A stretch of 42,582 bases of DNA from NCBI GenBank assembly GCA_964487115.1, contig CAZAPD010000035.1, positions 1 through 42,582 on the forward strand, in the 5' to 3' direction. The notes beneath the pieces are model-generated. The model saw only the letters and a list, made by a program, of their open reading frames with translations. It ran no database searches and had not been told where the DNA came from. This stretch comes from an uncultured Thermococci archaeon. Its GTDB lineage: Archaea > Methanobacteriota_B > Thermococci > Thermococcales > Thermococcaceae. The position numbers were made by a program, and so were the translations under genes. Shown here one piece after another: positions 11,503 through 22,104 of this stretch (positions within the stretch are counted from its first letter, which is position 1; each line of letters begins with the position of its first letter).

Positions 11503-13584
11503 TTAAACAGACTCTTCACCTGTTTTTTCTTCAGAGCTTTCCTCGACTTCAAGCTCCTCCTTTTTGGGAAGTCCTCCGGGTCTTGATTTCTTCTTCCTCC
11601 TGAGTTCTCGCATAGCTTTCTCATAACCTGACCAGTATATGTAAGTTGTGGCCCCAAGGGCTATGGAAAGTAGCAGGAAGAGTACTGCGAGGGGTTTCCA
11701 ATAGTTTGTGCTTTTCTTGGGTGGTATGTATTCGTTTGCAACTCCCACGATTTCTTTCGCCAGTGGAGTAGCATCTGTCATTTTTGCGAGGGTTTGGTTT
11801 ATAAACTTCGGAAGTTCTTTTGGTTCTGGATAGACTTTGATGGTCTTTTCAACTACCTTAACTTTTGGAGGTAAACTATTTATTGTCACTAAGTTTCCCA
11901 GATTTATCTCATGCTGGTTTCCAAGAGCATCCAAATATGTTAATTGCACATTCAGGAGGCCTAAGTCTCTTGTTATAACTTTAAAGGTACTTTCAATTGT
12001 TTTTTCTTCTCCTGCTTTTACTGTGCCGATGGGTATCACACTCTGTCCCTGCAGGTTATTTGGAAGGCTGAGCCTAAGTGTTGCATTTTTTATGAATTCA
12101 AATTCCGGATTCCCAGATGAGGCTTTAATAGAGAATTTAACTTTAATTTGCTTTCCTGAATCTGTATGGATGTAACTGCTCCATGTTCCGTTATATGCCA
12201 GTCCTTTTACTGAAATTTGGGGTATACCATAGACCTTTATCCCGCTAAGTTCATTTGATATGGCAGTTTTTTTCTTTCCAGTATCAATGCTTTTGGGATC
12301 ATAAAAAGTTACCACAGCCCTGCCTATTTTGTATTCCCCAACTTTCGTGGGCTTAAGTACATAAATAAGCGCTGGCATGTCCGCAAATGCAGGAAGAGTC
12401 TTTAGTTCCCATGTTTTTACGGTGCTAACAACTTCAAAGTTACTGGGGATCGGGGCCGCTACATTGAGATCATATGCATCCCCTTTTCCTTTATTTTGGA
12501 CAGTTATCACAACTACCATGTTATCTCCAAGCATTAATGCCTTCTGGCTGGTGTCAATTCCAACTTGTATATCTGCCGAACGGAGTATGGGTATTGCAGT
12601 AGAGCCCTGAGGGGCATAGACTTTCAACAAAGCCCTGTTATATTTCACATCGACATTTTGAACAGCAAGTTCAAATGGGGAATTCTTGGCTTTTTTTGGA
12701 ACATCTCCAGTTTCTAAAATTAGTGTATCAACAACCGAATTTCCTTTAAGAATAGAGACCTTGGCTATGTTTGGTATTGTGGAGAGCAACTTTATGTGAT
12801 ATTCGGTACCATTGACATCTATTGGTAAGCTTTCGCCAGTGTATAGGATATCATTGTAAACCAGTTCAATTACAGTTGTTGTAGTTGTGGTCGTCGTTTG
12901 CTCCCCGGCTCTCTCTATTTGGAATTTTGTGGAAAAAACTTTTGGAACATATACATCAAATTTGGCACTCGAACCGCTTTTTGAATCCTTTAGATAAACA
13001 TACACATAAGGTCCGTAGGATACATCTTTGGAGAGCTTATATGAAACTCCGAATCCGTCGTCTTCATCGACAGTGTATGTTTTTGGAGTGCTGGAATAAG
13101 GCAGATACACATTAAATACAGCTTTTGTAGAGTAGGCTGCAGCCAACTTTATCCTTATTTTAGGGAAACCTGATGGAAGGGTTATTGAACCTCCAACAGA
13201 GAGAGTTTCATCTGGTATCAGTTTTTCTAAGGGAGAGCTAACTCTTACAAGAGCTGTTTTTTCACTTTCTTTCAGCCAAACGACACTTATATTGAGAAGC
13301 GGGTTGCTTTGAGAGGGGTAGACTGCCCAATCCCCATTTGATAAGGGATAGCCATCCTTTCCTTCTGGTCCGGAAACCTCAATGTCTGCAGCTAAGATAT
13401 TTCCCGGATTTATCCTACCTAACCCCGCAAATGTGATTTTATAGTCCCCGAGAATTATGGAATCCCCCATATGGAGGGTGATTACATCCAAACTTGCTTG
13501 GGGAGGTATGCTTGCAGATTTTACCAGGGGCATAGCAGACAGAATCAGTATACCTACCACAATTAGAGCAATGTACCTTTTCAT
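11503..13584 (-). CDS. Cell-surface protein (signal peptide, Thr linker, BatD/DUF11-like Ig domains, C-terminal TM anchor)
   Basis: N-terminal signal peptide; TTTTTTTT linker; ITVQNKGKGDAYDL Ig-like motif; C-terminal TM helix plus basic/acidic tail. Confidence 0.8.
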   Translation of the reverse strand: MKRYIALIVVGILILSAMPLVKSASIPPQASLDVITLHMGDSIILGDYKITFAGLGRINPGNILAADIEVSGPEGKDGYPLSNGDWAVYPSQSNPLLNISVVWLKESEKTALVRVSSPLEKLIPDETLSVGGSITLPSGFPKIRIKLAAAYSTKAVFNVYLPYSSTPKTYTVDEDDGFGVSYKLSKDVSYGPYVYVYLKDSKSGSSAKFDVYVPKVFSTKFQIERAGEQTTTTTTTTVIELVYNDILYTGESLPIDVNGTEYHIKLLSTIPNIAKVSILKGNSVVDTLILETGDVPKKAKNSPFELAVQNVDVKYNRALLKVYAPQGSTAIPILRSADIQVGIDTSQKALMLGDNMVVVITVQNKGKGDAYDLNVAAPIPSNFEVVSTVKTWELKTLPAFADMPALIYVLKPTKVGEYKIGRAVVTFYDPKSIDTGKKKTAISNELSGIKVYGIPQISVKGLAYNGTWSSYIHTDSGKQIKVKFSIKASSGNPEFEFIKNATLRLSLPNNLQGQSVIPIGTVKAGEEKTIESTFKVITRDLGLLNVQLTYLDALGNQHEINLGNLVTINSLPPKVKVVEKTIKVYPEPKELPKFINQTLAKMTDATPLAKEIVGVANEYIPPKKSTNYWKPLAVLFLLLSIALGATTYIYWSGYEKAMRELRRKKKSRPGGLPKKEELEVEESSEEKTGEESV
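12874..12897 (-). repeat. Poly-threonine linker (8 ACN codons)
   Basis: Encodes TTTTTTTT in the surface protein. Confidence 0.7.
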
Positions 13585-13645
13585 ATTTCCAGCCTCCAAA
13601 TATCGATTTACCTAAATTGTAAAAGTGAAAGAAAGTATAAAGGCC

Positions 13646-14962
13646 TTACGGTGTGAGTCTTTTCCTGTCCCTTGGGAATAAAATAACCTCCCTAATGTTG
13701 CTCAGATTGAGCATTTGCTTGATAAGCCTCTCTGCACCCAGACCGAATCCACCATGCGGAGGCATTCCATAACGGAAGGCTTTGAGGTAGAATTCGAAGC
13801 TCTCGGGATTGAGACCTTTCTCCTTTATTTGCTCAACGAGGATGTCGTGCCTGTGTTCTCTCTGCCCGCCGGAGGTTATCTCGACTCCCCGGTATTCAAG
13901 GTCAAATGACCTGCTTATCTCAGGCTTCTCGTCGTATTTCATTATGTAAAAAGGCTTTGCCTCGCTTGGGTACTGATAAAGGAAGTAGAGGTCTTCGTCA
14001 TAGTTCTCTTTAATGTAGTTACCGAGCAGTTTTTCTCCTTCCGTATCGATGTCTTCTCCCCAAGAAATTTTTTTGCCTAAATCTGCCAGAATTTCGAGGG
14101 CCTTTGTATATGAGATCCTTCTGAAAGGTAGCTTTGGTTTCTCAAGTTCAAAGTTCAGTGTCCTGAGCTCTTTTTCGTTGTGCTCTTTAACGTATCCAAT
14201 AGTGTGTGCTACAAGTCTCTCAAGCAATTCCATGACCTCTTCCTCGTTTTCAATGAATGCCATCTCTGCATCGATGCTCCAAGCCTCATTCAGATGTCTT
14301 GTCGTGTTGTGTTCCTCTGCTCTGAATATTGGGGCAATTTCATAGACTTTATCGAGCCCTGAAGCCATCATCATCTGCTTGTAAAGCTGAGGACTCTGGG
14401 CAAGGAAAGCATCTTTTTCAAAATATTTCATTGGAAATAGCTCGGTCCCGCCTTCAGTTGCTGTGGCTATGATTTTAGGTGTATGTATCTCTATGAACCC
14501 TTCACTGTGGAAGAAATCTCTAACAGCCCTAAAGGCACTTGAGCGTATCTTGAATATGGCCATCACTTCAGGTTTCCTTAGGTCCATAAAGCGATTGTCT
14601 AAACGCGTGTCAAGTTCTGCTTTTACCTTTCCAGTGGGGTCAAGCGGCAGAGGGGTTCCGGCTTTACTTAGAATCTCTATTTTCTCTGGAAGAATCTCGA
14701 AACCAAGTTTTGCCTTTGGCGTGAAGTTGACGATCCCTTCAACAGCTACAACATCCTCCGCGCTAAGCTTTGGAATTAGTTTGAACAGCTCAGGACTAAC
14801 TTTCTTTTTTGGAGCGGTTATCTGGGTAATTCCCTCTCTGTCTTTGATCCATACGAACTTTATTCCACCCAGATCTTTGACTTCGTAAACCCACCCGGCA
14901 ACCTTAACTCTTTCTCCGTTCAGATTTTCAGTAATTTGGTTTGAATAATGGGTTCTATACAT
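13646..14962 (-). CDS. aspS: Aspartate--tRNA ligase
   Basis: MYRTHYS N-terminus; [23 protein letters not shown] and [13 protein letters not shown] class II motifs. Confidence 0.98.
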   Translation of the reverse strand: MYRTHYSNQITENLNGERVKVAGWVYEVKDLGGIKFVWIKDREGITQITAPKKKVSPELFKLIPKLSAEDVVAVEGIVNFTPKAKLGFEILPEKIEILSKAGTPLPLDPTGKVKAELDTRLDNRFMDLRKPEVMAIFKIRSSAFRAVRDFFHSEGFIEIHTPKIIATATEGGTELFPMKYFEKDAFLAQSPQLYKQMMMASGLDKVYEIAPIFRAEEHNTTRHLNEAWSIDAEMAFIENEEEVMELLERLVAHTIGYVKEHNEKELRTLNFELEKPKLPFRRISYTKALEILADLGKKISWGEDIDTEGEKLLGNYIKENYDEDLYFLYQYPSEAKPFYIMKYDEKPEISRSFDLEYRGVEITSGGQREHRHDILVEQIKEKGLNPESFEFYLKAFRYGMPPHGGFGLGAERLIKQMLNLSNIREVILFPRDRKRLTP

Positions 14963-14986
14963 CTCCAAACCTCCCAAATAAAAGAA

Positions 14987-15499
14987 TTAGATGAAGGAGA
15001 TTTTGATATCCTTGCCCACAATCTGAGCAAGGATGTTTTCGAGAACCTCTGCCTTCTCAGGAAGTTTGTTTTTATCTCTGCCGAGCACGAGAACCTTGTA
15101 GTAGTTTTTGCCTCCGGGCTTATAGACTATGTTGACACCGAAGACTCCTGCAGGATACAGTAAATCTGTTGTTAGCTTTTTAACATCATTTGTCCCTTTT
15201 ATTTCCCTGCTTTCAATAACCCTGATCCTCTTTCCAAGCTCTCTCATTAATGTTTTAATGTTCTTTCCACCCTTACCTATTGTTAGAGGAACATCCCCCT
15301 CGCCCACAACGATAACAACAAGATCTCCAGCCTCAACAGCTTTTTTAAACTCAATATCAGCATCTCCGAGGAGCCTGTAAAGCAAGCGGGAAATTTTAAC
15401 ATCAAGTTCTGAAATTATCCCTTCCTGAAGCTTCTTTTCATCGGCGGGGCACAGAATATCGTCCGTTTTTAGGCAGACCTCACAGATCGGTGCTTTCAT
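14987..15499 (-). CDS. NusA-like KH-domain protein with N-terminal Cys cluster
   Basis: MKAPICEVCLKTDDILCPAD plus KH motif IGKGGKNIK...LGKRIRVIE. Confidence 0.85.
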   Translation of the reverse strand: MKAPICEVCLKTDDILCPADEKKLQEGIISELDVKISRLLYRLLGDADIEFKKAVEAGDLVVIVVGEGDVPLTIGKGGKNIKTLMRELGKRIRVIESREIKGTNDVKKLTTDLLYPAGVFGVNIVYKPGGKNYYKVLVLGRDKNKLPEKAEVLENILAQIVGKDIKISFI

Positions 15500-15648
15500 A
15501 TGCTCACCTCCGGATTCTTTGAAGAATTAATGAAATAAAGCTAACACTTTTTTGCGAATGCCATTTAAAAAGATTATCATAGAACAGAATTACGCTCTTG
15601 GATAATTTTGGAGTGCATATTCCGATAGTATCACCAAAAGCTGGAAAA

Positions 15649-16263
15649 CTAAAGCTCACCTTCAATCTCTTTTTGTATTCTTGAGATAAACTCTTCTGTA
15701 TATTTGTGTCTTTCCAGTGCTATCTCTTTCGCCGTTTTAGTATACATCATGTCTTTGAGCTTCAATATTTTTTCTTCAAAATGCTTTAGAGAAGTTTCAA
15801 TGTCCCTTCCGTGCTCTCCTGAATACATGAAGACTCTTGCTATTCCTATGGCACCAATTGCATCGAGCTTATCTGCATCGCTTAATATTCTGGCTTCTAA
15901 GGTCTGCGGTTCAGGAGGCCTTGAGAAACGATGAGCTTCGATAGCATGAGCAACTTCTTCAACTTTCTTATATCCCAAGGCCCTCAGAAACCTCTTAGCA
16001 ATCTTTGCGCTTTCTATGGCATGATCCTCAATTTTGCCTTTGTCCTCCAAGGGTCTTGCGACATCATGAAGCAAAGCAGCTAAAGCTAAAACTTCTAAAT
16101 CAGCTCCTTCTTTTTTTCCAATATGAATGCAGAGATTTAAAACCCTTTGGACATGAGAAAACCCGTGAGTGCCTTCTCTTTCAAAAAAGTTCTTTGAAAA
16201 CTCCTCGGCCCTTCTGATCAATTCAAGACTGTTTTCGTCCCTTATATAATCCCCAAGCTTCAT
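15649..16263 (-). CDS. HD-domain phosphohydrolase
   Basis: HGFSHVQRV, ALLHDV and DADKLDAIGAIG motifs. Confidence 0.92.
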   Translation of the reverse strand: MKLGDYIRDENSLELIRRAEEFSKNFFEREGTHGFSHVQRVLNLCIHIGKKEGADLEVLALAALLHDVARPLEDKGKIEDHAIESAKIAKRFLRALGYKKVEEVAHAIEAHRFSRPPEPQTLEARILSDADKLDAIGAIGIARVFMYSGEHGRDIETSLKHFEEKILKLKDMMYTKTAKEIALERHKYTEEFISRIQKEIEGEL

Positions 16264-17078
16264 CCAACCACCTGAAGTTTCTCGTTAATGATTCCCTTTA
16301 AAAGCTGCACCATTTTTTCATGAACCTTAACGCTTATCCCATCAACACTCATGGCAATCTTTTTTGAAACTCCATCAATTAACCCTGTATCTGCCAACCG
16401 TTTAATAACCTCTCTTTCATTCCAATCTTCAAAGAAATTCTCGCCCCTTTCGATTGAAGCCTGCGCTACTAATCCGTAAGCCCCCCAGTTAGACACTGCT
16501 GAGAGTATTAGCTCATCGGTTTTAATTATTGAAGCTATTTTATCTCCTAAGGGGACGTATTTTTTGACGATGGAATTTATATTCCCCATGCCAATTTCGT
16601 TTCCTCCATCACCGATTCCTATTGTGGGTATTCCGAGTTTTGTTGCCTCCACTACTGCCCAATCCAGAGGATTTCTTGTAATTTCAAGGCCGCTCATAGA
16701 GTAATATTTTCCATTCTCCGCCCTTCCAGGGGTTTCGATACTGATTATGAGGGAATATTCCGAAAGATTGGGATCATCCACAAATCTGACATTAAATAGT
16801 TCCAAAGACTTTTTGATTTCAGGATACGTCATAATTTCTGCTTTTCCACCCATTTTTTCAACTGCTCTGTACAATGCCAATGCTCCAGAGGGTCCATCTG
16901 TCTCGGGCTGCTGTTTTGGAGGTATTGGAAAGCCTGTCACTATTAAAACATTCTCATGGTTTTTCAATAACATTTTTGCTGCATTATGTAAAAAGTTAAA
17001 ATTTTTCTTTCGATACTGCAGGTAGAGATTCGTGACTCCCCGGTTACCAATATCCGTGTTTATTAAATGGGCTATCAT
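16260..17078 (-). CDS. DUF4392 / D-glutamate cyclase-like domain protein
   Basis: TGFP, ETDGPSGA, GIGDGGNEIGMG and VSNWGAYGL motifs. Confidence 0.85.
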   Translation of the reverse strand: MIAHLINTDIGNRGVTNLYLQYRKKNFNFLHNAAKMLLKNHENVLIVTGFPIPPKQQPETDGPSGALALYRAVEKMGGKAEIMTYPEIKKSLELFNVRFVDDPNLSEYSLIISIETPGRAENGKYYSMSGLEITRNPLDWAVVEATKLGIPTIGIGDGGNEIGMGNINSIVKKYVPLGDKIASIIKTDELILSAVSNWGAYGLVAQASIERGENFFEDWNEREVIKRLADTGLIDGVSKKIAMSVDGISVKVHEKMVQLLKGIINEKLQVVG

Positions 17079-17266
17079 TCTTCTCCCTCGTCGAGCTCAT
17101 AGACTACGATTTTGACCCTCTTTCCTTTTATCCTCTCCTTGAGTTCCCACCAGAGTTTTGTGGGACTTTCCTTTTTATGAACGAGCTCATCATTTCTTCC
17201 GTTCAGTTTTATTTTGTTCGTTTCATACATCACGAAGACGCCTTCCTTCTGGAATATCTTTTTCAT
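17075..17266 (-). CDS. Small hypothetical protein
   Basis: 63 aa, ATGA-type overlaps with both neighbours, GGAGGTG SD. Confidence 0.75.
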   Translation of the reverse strand: MKKIFQKEGVFVMYETNKIKLNGRNDELVHKKESPTKLWWELKERIKGKRVKIVVYELDEGEE

Positions 17267-17907
17267 CTTAACACCTCCAGTATTTTCCTCAATTCGTGGA
17301 GTGTTCTAATTTCAAAGTCCGCAAAATTATATCCTTTTTCATTCTTCCTGTTTATCCATACTCCTTTCATACCGATATTCTTAGCTCCATAAACATCCTG
17401 TTGCAGTGAATCACCTATCATCATGGCGTCTTCAGGCTCTATACCCAGTTGTTCAATAGCATGCAGGAAAATTCTGGGTTCTGGTTTTATTGCATTCACA
17501 TCATCTCTTGTGACGATAACATCAAAATACCTATCCAGTTTTGCTACCCTTAGCTTTAGCTTTTGATATGAAGGTCCGCTGGTTACTACGCCCAGCTTAT
17601 ATCCATCTGATCTCAGCCATTCGAGGGTGGGTGGGACATCGGGATAAACGTGGATTTTATGAGGATATTCTCTCAAAAGGTTTTCATATTTGAGATCTAT
17701 GCTGAACAGGCTAAAAAAGAAGTTCCAGTCATGCCAATCATAGGTGCCTCTCCTGCCGATTATTTCTTTCATGAATTTATTCCGAGCTTCTTCTTTGTTA
17801 ACTCCAAGTTTTTTTGAGAGATCATCATAAACCCAAGGTAAAAAAAGCATTATAAGTGGTTCTTCAGTTAGAAGAGTCCCATCAATGTCGAATAATACTG
17901 CTTTCAT
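17263..17907 (-). CDS. HAD-family hydrolase (subfamily IA)
   Basis: FDIDGTL, VVTSG, KPEPRIF and IGDSLQQD motifs. Confidence 0.92.
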   Translation of the reverse strand: MKAVLFDIDGTLLTEEPLIMLFLPWVYDDLSKKLGVNKEEARNKFMKEIIGRRGTYDWHDWNFFFSLFSIDLKYENLLREYPHKIHVYPDVPPTLEWLRSDGYKLGVVTSGPSYQKLKLRVAKLDRYFDVIVTRDDVNAIKPEPRIFLHAIEQLGIEPEDAMMIGDSLQQDVYGAKNIGMKGVWINRKNEKGYNFADFEIRTLHELRKILEVLR

Positions 17908-18667
17908 CTGACCACCTCTTTGTTAGCAGGGCGAGTATCTCTATTTCTTTTTCTAAGCCGTTAGCAACCCGAACACCCCATATAATATCTTTCTCACTGA
18001 GTATTTCCTGAAAATGTGAAAGTATGTGATATGCATGTTTTAGGGGTACCTCCTTTCCAACTAAAATACTAATCAAGCCTCTTTCCCAGATCCCCCAGTG
18101 CCAGTTAAAATCTACGGTATTGAGCATTCTTAATATACCCACGTTATTTCCTCTTATCATATTGAATAGGTCGGCATAGTCAATATTTACCAACATTTCG
18201 TTTTCAAGATAATAGTAAAGTTTTGAAAACATACTCCCAATTTGGTGTGTAGCATATTCAAATGCAAGATTAACGGTTTTTTCCCTGCTCATGAATTCCC
18301 ACAGAGAATCATAAAATACAGTTTCAAAGTTTCCAGCCCATTTGGGTTTGTTTTCTTCGACAAGTTCCTTTTCCGGAGTTAATGTGTATGCAAGTTTGAT
18401 CACATCTTCTGGTGTGTTGGATGTTATTAAATTTGCTATTTCGAGATTTATAGGTTTATCCTCAAAAATAAGCCAGAGCATGGTATTTTTAGGTATGCTT
18501 GAAAAAAAGCTTTCTATCCTGTTTATATATTCAACAGCCTTGTGGGATGCAAGATAGTATGCTGGGTTTATAGTAACCCTAACTGCACTATCTATGTTTA
18601 TTTTATCTACTATCCTGACCCCACTGTTTCCTATTCCTACAAAAATGTGATTAAAAGAAATCAGCAT
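17882..18667 (-). CDS. Divergent FtsZ/tubulin-like protein lacking the GGGTG(S/T)G signature
   Basis: FVGIGNSG (T1-like), LVNIDYADL (T7-like) and DIIWGVRV (FtsZ C-domain-like). Confidence 0.65.
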   Translation of the reverse strand: MLISFNHIFVGIGNSGVRIVDKINIDSAVRVTINPAYYLASHKAVEYINRIESFFSSIPKNTMLWLIFEDKPINLEIANLITSNTPEDVIKLAYTLTPEKELVEENKPKWAGNFETVFYDSLWEFMSREKTVNLAFEYATHQIGSMFSKLYYYLENEMLVNIDYADLFNMIRGNNVGILRMLNTVDFNWHWGIWERGLISILVGKEVPLKHAYHILSHFQEILSEKDIIWGVRVANGLEKEIEILALLTKRWSDESSIIRH

Positions 18668-18675
18668 AAAGACCC

Positions 18676-19896
18676 CTACTCAAGGGTAGCATGCTTCCTC
18701 CTCATATCCTTTTCGGTTTTTTGGAACGTCGCCATAAGTAGAGCTATAATGCCATCAAGAAATACCATTGTAGAATCTTCGAATAATGTTCCCATAGGTG
18801 CTATCCATTTGTATTTGGTTAGCATTTGTCTTGCAATGTAATCTGTTGGTATATCTGTTTTTGTTCTTCCGGGTATTTCAACGACAATATTTGCAATTTT
18901 GCCTAAGGTGGAATTTGCATACGAGGTAATTGCCACAACCTTCCCCCCTTCCTTCTTAGCAATCTCTGCAGCATCTACTATTGTTTTTGTTTCTCCACTT
19001 CCACTGATAGCGATCAGCAAATCGCCGGGCTCAAAGGCGGGGGTTATTGTTTCACCAACAACATACACATTAAAATCCAAATGCATCAAACGCATTGCAA
19101 ATGCTTTTCCAACTAATCCGCTCCTTCCGGCTCCATAGATAAATATCTTATTGGCTCCTATCATGGCATCAATTAAGCCCCTAACCTGTTCTATTTTGAG
19201 TGTCTCAGCTACTTGGCTTATATGATCTACTATGTCTACCATGGCTTTTCTTATTGTAAGCATATATTCCCCCCAGAAAAGATCAATTATCTTCCTGGTG
19301 GTTTCCTCCGGATTTTTTGCTTTTGTTATAGCCCCACCTACGATTATTATAGTAGCTCCAAGTTCAATAACCTTGGGTATTGTCTGTAGATTTAACCCGC
19401 CAGCAACCGCAACTGGGACTTTTACAGCTTTAACCACTTTCCCCAAGTCTTCTAAAGGAGTCTTACCCTGAACCTGTTCGTCTATCCCAGTATGTACAAG
19501 GATATAATGAACCCCCATTTTCTCAAGTTCTTTCGCCCGTTCCACTTTATCTTTTACTCCAATCAGATCGACCATGATTCTAATGCCATATTTCCTTGCA
19601 ACATCCACAGCATCTTTTATTGTTTTATCATCGGCAACACCGAGAATAGAAACGACGTCTGCACCATGTCGAGCGGCCATCTCAACTTCAAGGGCTCCAG
19701 TGTCCATCGTTTTCAAATCTGCCACAATTTTTCTATCAGGGAAGCGCCTCTTCAAAAGCTCAACAGCTCTCATACCTTCTTTCTTGATTAGAGGTGTTCC
19801 GACCTCAAGCCAGTGGGCTCCTCCACGAGCGGCTTTTTCTGCTATAGAAATAGCTTGTTCTATATCAGTTAAGTCCAATGCCACCTGCAGGATCAT
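18676..19896 (-). CDS. hxlAB: Bifunctional 3-hexulose-6-phosphate synthase / 6-phospho-3-hexuloisomerase
   Basis: LQVALD, EVGTPLI and DLKTMDTG (Hps) fused to GAGRSG, SGSGET and PMGTLFE (Phi). Confidence 0.96.
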   Translation of the reverse strand: MILQVALDLTDIEQAISIAEKAARGGAHWLEVGTPLIKKEGMRAVELLKRRFPDRKIVADLKTMDTGALEVEMAARHGADVVSILGVADDKTIKDAVDVARKYGIRIMVDLIGVKDKVERAKELEKMGVHYILVHTGIDEQVQGKTPLEDLGKVVKAVKVPVAVAGGLNLQTIPKVIELGATIIIVGGAITKAKNPEETTRKIIDLFWGEYMLTIRKAMVDIVDHISQVAETLKIEQVRGLIDAMIGANKIFIYGAGRSGLVGKAFAMRLMHLDFNVYVVGETITPAFEPGDLLIAISGSGETKTIVDAAEIAKKEGGKVVAITSYANSTLGKIANIVVEIPGRTKTDIPTDYIARQMLTKYKWIAPMGTLFEDSTMVFLDGIIALLMATFQKTEKDMRRKHATLE

Positions 19897-20036
19897 CTTG
19901 ATACCTCCAGCTGATTTTCAGTTTAACATTGACATCCCTACTTTTAAACTTTGGCCACGAATCTTTTACAAATTCATGTTAATAATAGATTACTAAGATT
20001 TAAAAGCTCCTCACTGAAGTTTAATAGGGAAAGAAA

Positions 20037-20765
20037 ATGGTTACGTTTATCCCTTTCGGTGAAAAACCTAATAGAGATGGTGTTATTTATGTTCTAAATT
20101 ATCTCAAAAGGAACAAATTACTTGAGGATTATATGATTGTGGAATCCAGTAATATTGAGCTTTTAGCAGATAGAGTCCCTCGGGATGAAGTTTATATAAT
20201 TGGAGAACATTTAGCCAGCTATGGCATAGTTAAAAGTTTGACTCCTCCAAGTTTGTTGAGTGTAGACGCCCATACAGATTTAATGCACGATTATCTTGAT
20301 CATGGTTCATGGCTTGCATATGCTCTGGAGGAAAGGATAATAAACCGAGCGGCAGTTATAGGAGCAGTACTTATGATACCGACTACTGAAAGGACTTCAC
20401 TATGGACCAGACGAGTTAAAATATTTCCCGCCCTACTAAGGAGTAAAAAAGTTGGCCATAGATGGAAAGCATATAAGAACTTACAAACGAGCTCAGTGGA
20501 AGAAATTATACATGAAGCAAGAAAATACCTCGGAAGTGATATATATCTGACGGTAGATATGGATGTTTTGAGACCTGAATATAGAATTTCCCGTTTTCAA
20601 CATGGAGAACTTACGTTAGATGATCTCCTTGAAATCTTATCCGAGATCAAAAATAACTTTAACATAATAGCTTTTGATATCGCTGAAATTTCAGAAAAAA
20701 TACGTCGTTCGAGATTAGGTAAGAAGGCCTTAGTTGAAGTTTTTCAGCTATTAAGTGGGGGATGA
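20037..20765 (+). CDS. Arginase/ureohydrolase-family protein
   Basis: GEH, VDAHTD and VDMDVL metal-binding motifs. Confidence 0.85.
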   Translation: MVTFIPFGEKPNRDGVIYVLNYLKRNKLLEDYMIVESSNIELLADRVPRDEVYIIGEHLASYGIVKSLTPPSLLSVDAHTDLMHDYLDHGSWLAYALEERIINRAAVIGAVLMIPTTERTSLWTRRVKIFPALLRSKKVGHRWKAYKNLQTSSVEEIIHEARKYLGSDIYLTVDMDVLRPEYRISRFQHGELTLDDLLEILSEIKNNFNIIAFDIAEISEKIRRSRLGKKALVEVFQLLSGG

Positions 20766-20769
20766 GAGA

Positions 20770-21087
20770 ATGGGTCTTAGTGAAAAGGAAATTAGGGAAG
20801 TTATAACCCCGCTCCTCCTATCCGGCGCTAAGATGCTTGATAAACACTGCCCAAAATGTGGTGCTCCTATGTTTGATTTAAATGGTAGGGTGTTCTGCCC
20901 CGTTTGTGAATATAGAAAAAAACAGGGAAAAGCTAACGTAGGAGATATTGAAAGAATTCTGGAGGAAAAATTAAAAGAACTGGCGGATGATCTTCCCAAT
21001 GATCTTAATGAGCTTGAAAAACATTTAAGTGTCATGGAAAAGATAATAACTTTGTTGGAGCGATATAAAAAATTGGAGGGAGGATGA
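20770..21087 (+). CDS. UPF0148 / SSSCA1 (autoantigen p27)-like Zn-finger protein
   Basis: LLSGAKMLDKHCPKCGAPMF...FCPVC motif. Confidence 0.88.
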   Translation: MGLSEKEIREVITPLLLSGAKMLDKHCPKCGAPMFDLNGRVFCPVCEYRKKQGKANVGDIERILEEKLKELADDLPNDLNELEKHLSVMEKIITLLERYKKLEGG

Positions 21088-21299
21088 TGAAACATCTGAG
21101 AATTCTGGAATCTTTAAAGGAGAAAGAAAAAACTCTTGAGGATATTTCCAGCGAAGTCAATATCCCTCTCATGGAAGCAAGAAAGCTTCTTTTGAGGCTC
21201 TCAGAACAGGGGAAAGTCGAAAGTTTCGAGAAAGAAGGCAAAATTTACTGGAAAATTAAAGAAAAGGATGAGAAAGAGGAGAAATTTAAATACGTATAG
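21084..21299 (+). CDS. Small winged-helix DNA-binding protein
   Basis: ILESL...TLEDISSEVNIP...LLRLSEQGKV...GKIYW wHTH pattern. Confidence 0.75.
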   Translation: MMKHLRILESLKEKEKTLEDISSEVNIPLMEARKLLLRLSEQGKVESFEKEGKIYWKIKEKDEKEEKFKYV

Positions 21300-21309
21300 T
21301 TACAAGAGC

Positions 21310-22104
21310 CTAAGCTTTTTCGGCTTTTTCCCAATATTCATTGAACTTTCCTTCAAATAGAGATTTTACTCTGAAGTCTTTAATCCAAATCTGGGTCTCA
21401 TAATTGAAGTATCTGGCAGCCATGTCCTCTAATGCAAAAAATACCTCGTCATCACAAATCAGCATCGGAAGTTCGAGTTTCTCAGCAACTTTAAGTTCGA
21501 GCTTTCCATTCTTATAATAGTCGAGAAGTTTTGAAGTTTGCATCCGAGGCAGGAGTTGCTTCGTTACTATAATCTTGGCCTTTATTCCTCTGTCGATAGC
21601 TTTTATAATGTCATTTTCGAGGTTGATTGCTATGTAACCATCATCTGCCAGTAGTATTGTTTCTTTAACCTCCTCGAACATTTCTTTAGTCTTGAGTGTG
21701 GCGTTTCTTATACCTCTGACGACCCAGACACGCTCAACACCATATTTTGGAATTTCAGTTTCAATTAATGGCATCATTAACTCCAACAGCTCTTCTTTAG
21801 CTTTCTTCTTTGCTTCCAATTCATCTTTTATGCGCTCCTGCCATTCTTCAATGAATTTCTCAAGAATATTCTCAGGGTGAACTGGCCTGTATTTATTTAC
21901 TTTTCCTGGCTGGCTGATTGCAAATCCCTTTTTTTCCAGACTTCTCAGGACATCATATGTCCTTGGGGCTGGGACTTCCGAAACACTTGCAAGCTCTGCA
22001 GGAGTTAAAACTCCAAAACCAACAAGCGCTACGTATGCTCTGGCTTCGTATAAGTTTAGTTCAAAATGGTCTTGTAAAAGTTCTACCATTCTATCTTTAA
22101 CCAT
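21310..22104 (-). CDS. trmBL2: Chromatin protein / transcriptional regulator TrmBL2
   Basis: FELNLYEARAYVALVGFGVLTPAELASVSEVPAPRTYDVLRSLEKKGF TrmB HTH; adjacent to reverse gyrase. Confidence 0.9.
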   Translation of the reverse strand: MVKDRMVELLQDHFELNLYEARAYVALVGFGVLTPAELASVSEVPAPRTYDVLRSLEKKGFAISQPGKVNKYRPVHPENILEKFIEEWQERIKDELEAKKKAKEELLELMMPLIETEIPKYGVERVWVVRGIRNATLKTKEMFEEVKETILLADDGYIAINLENDIIKAIDRGIKAKIIVTKQLLPRMQTSKLLDYYKNGKLELKVAEKLELPMLICDDEVFFALEDMAARYFNYETQIWIKDFRVKSLFEGKFNEYWEKAEKA

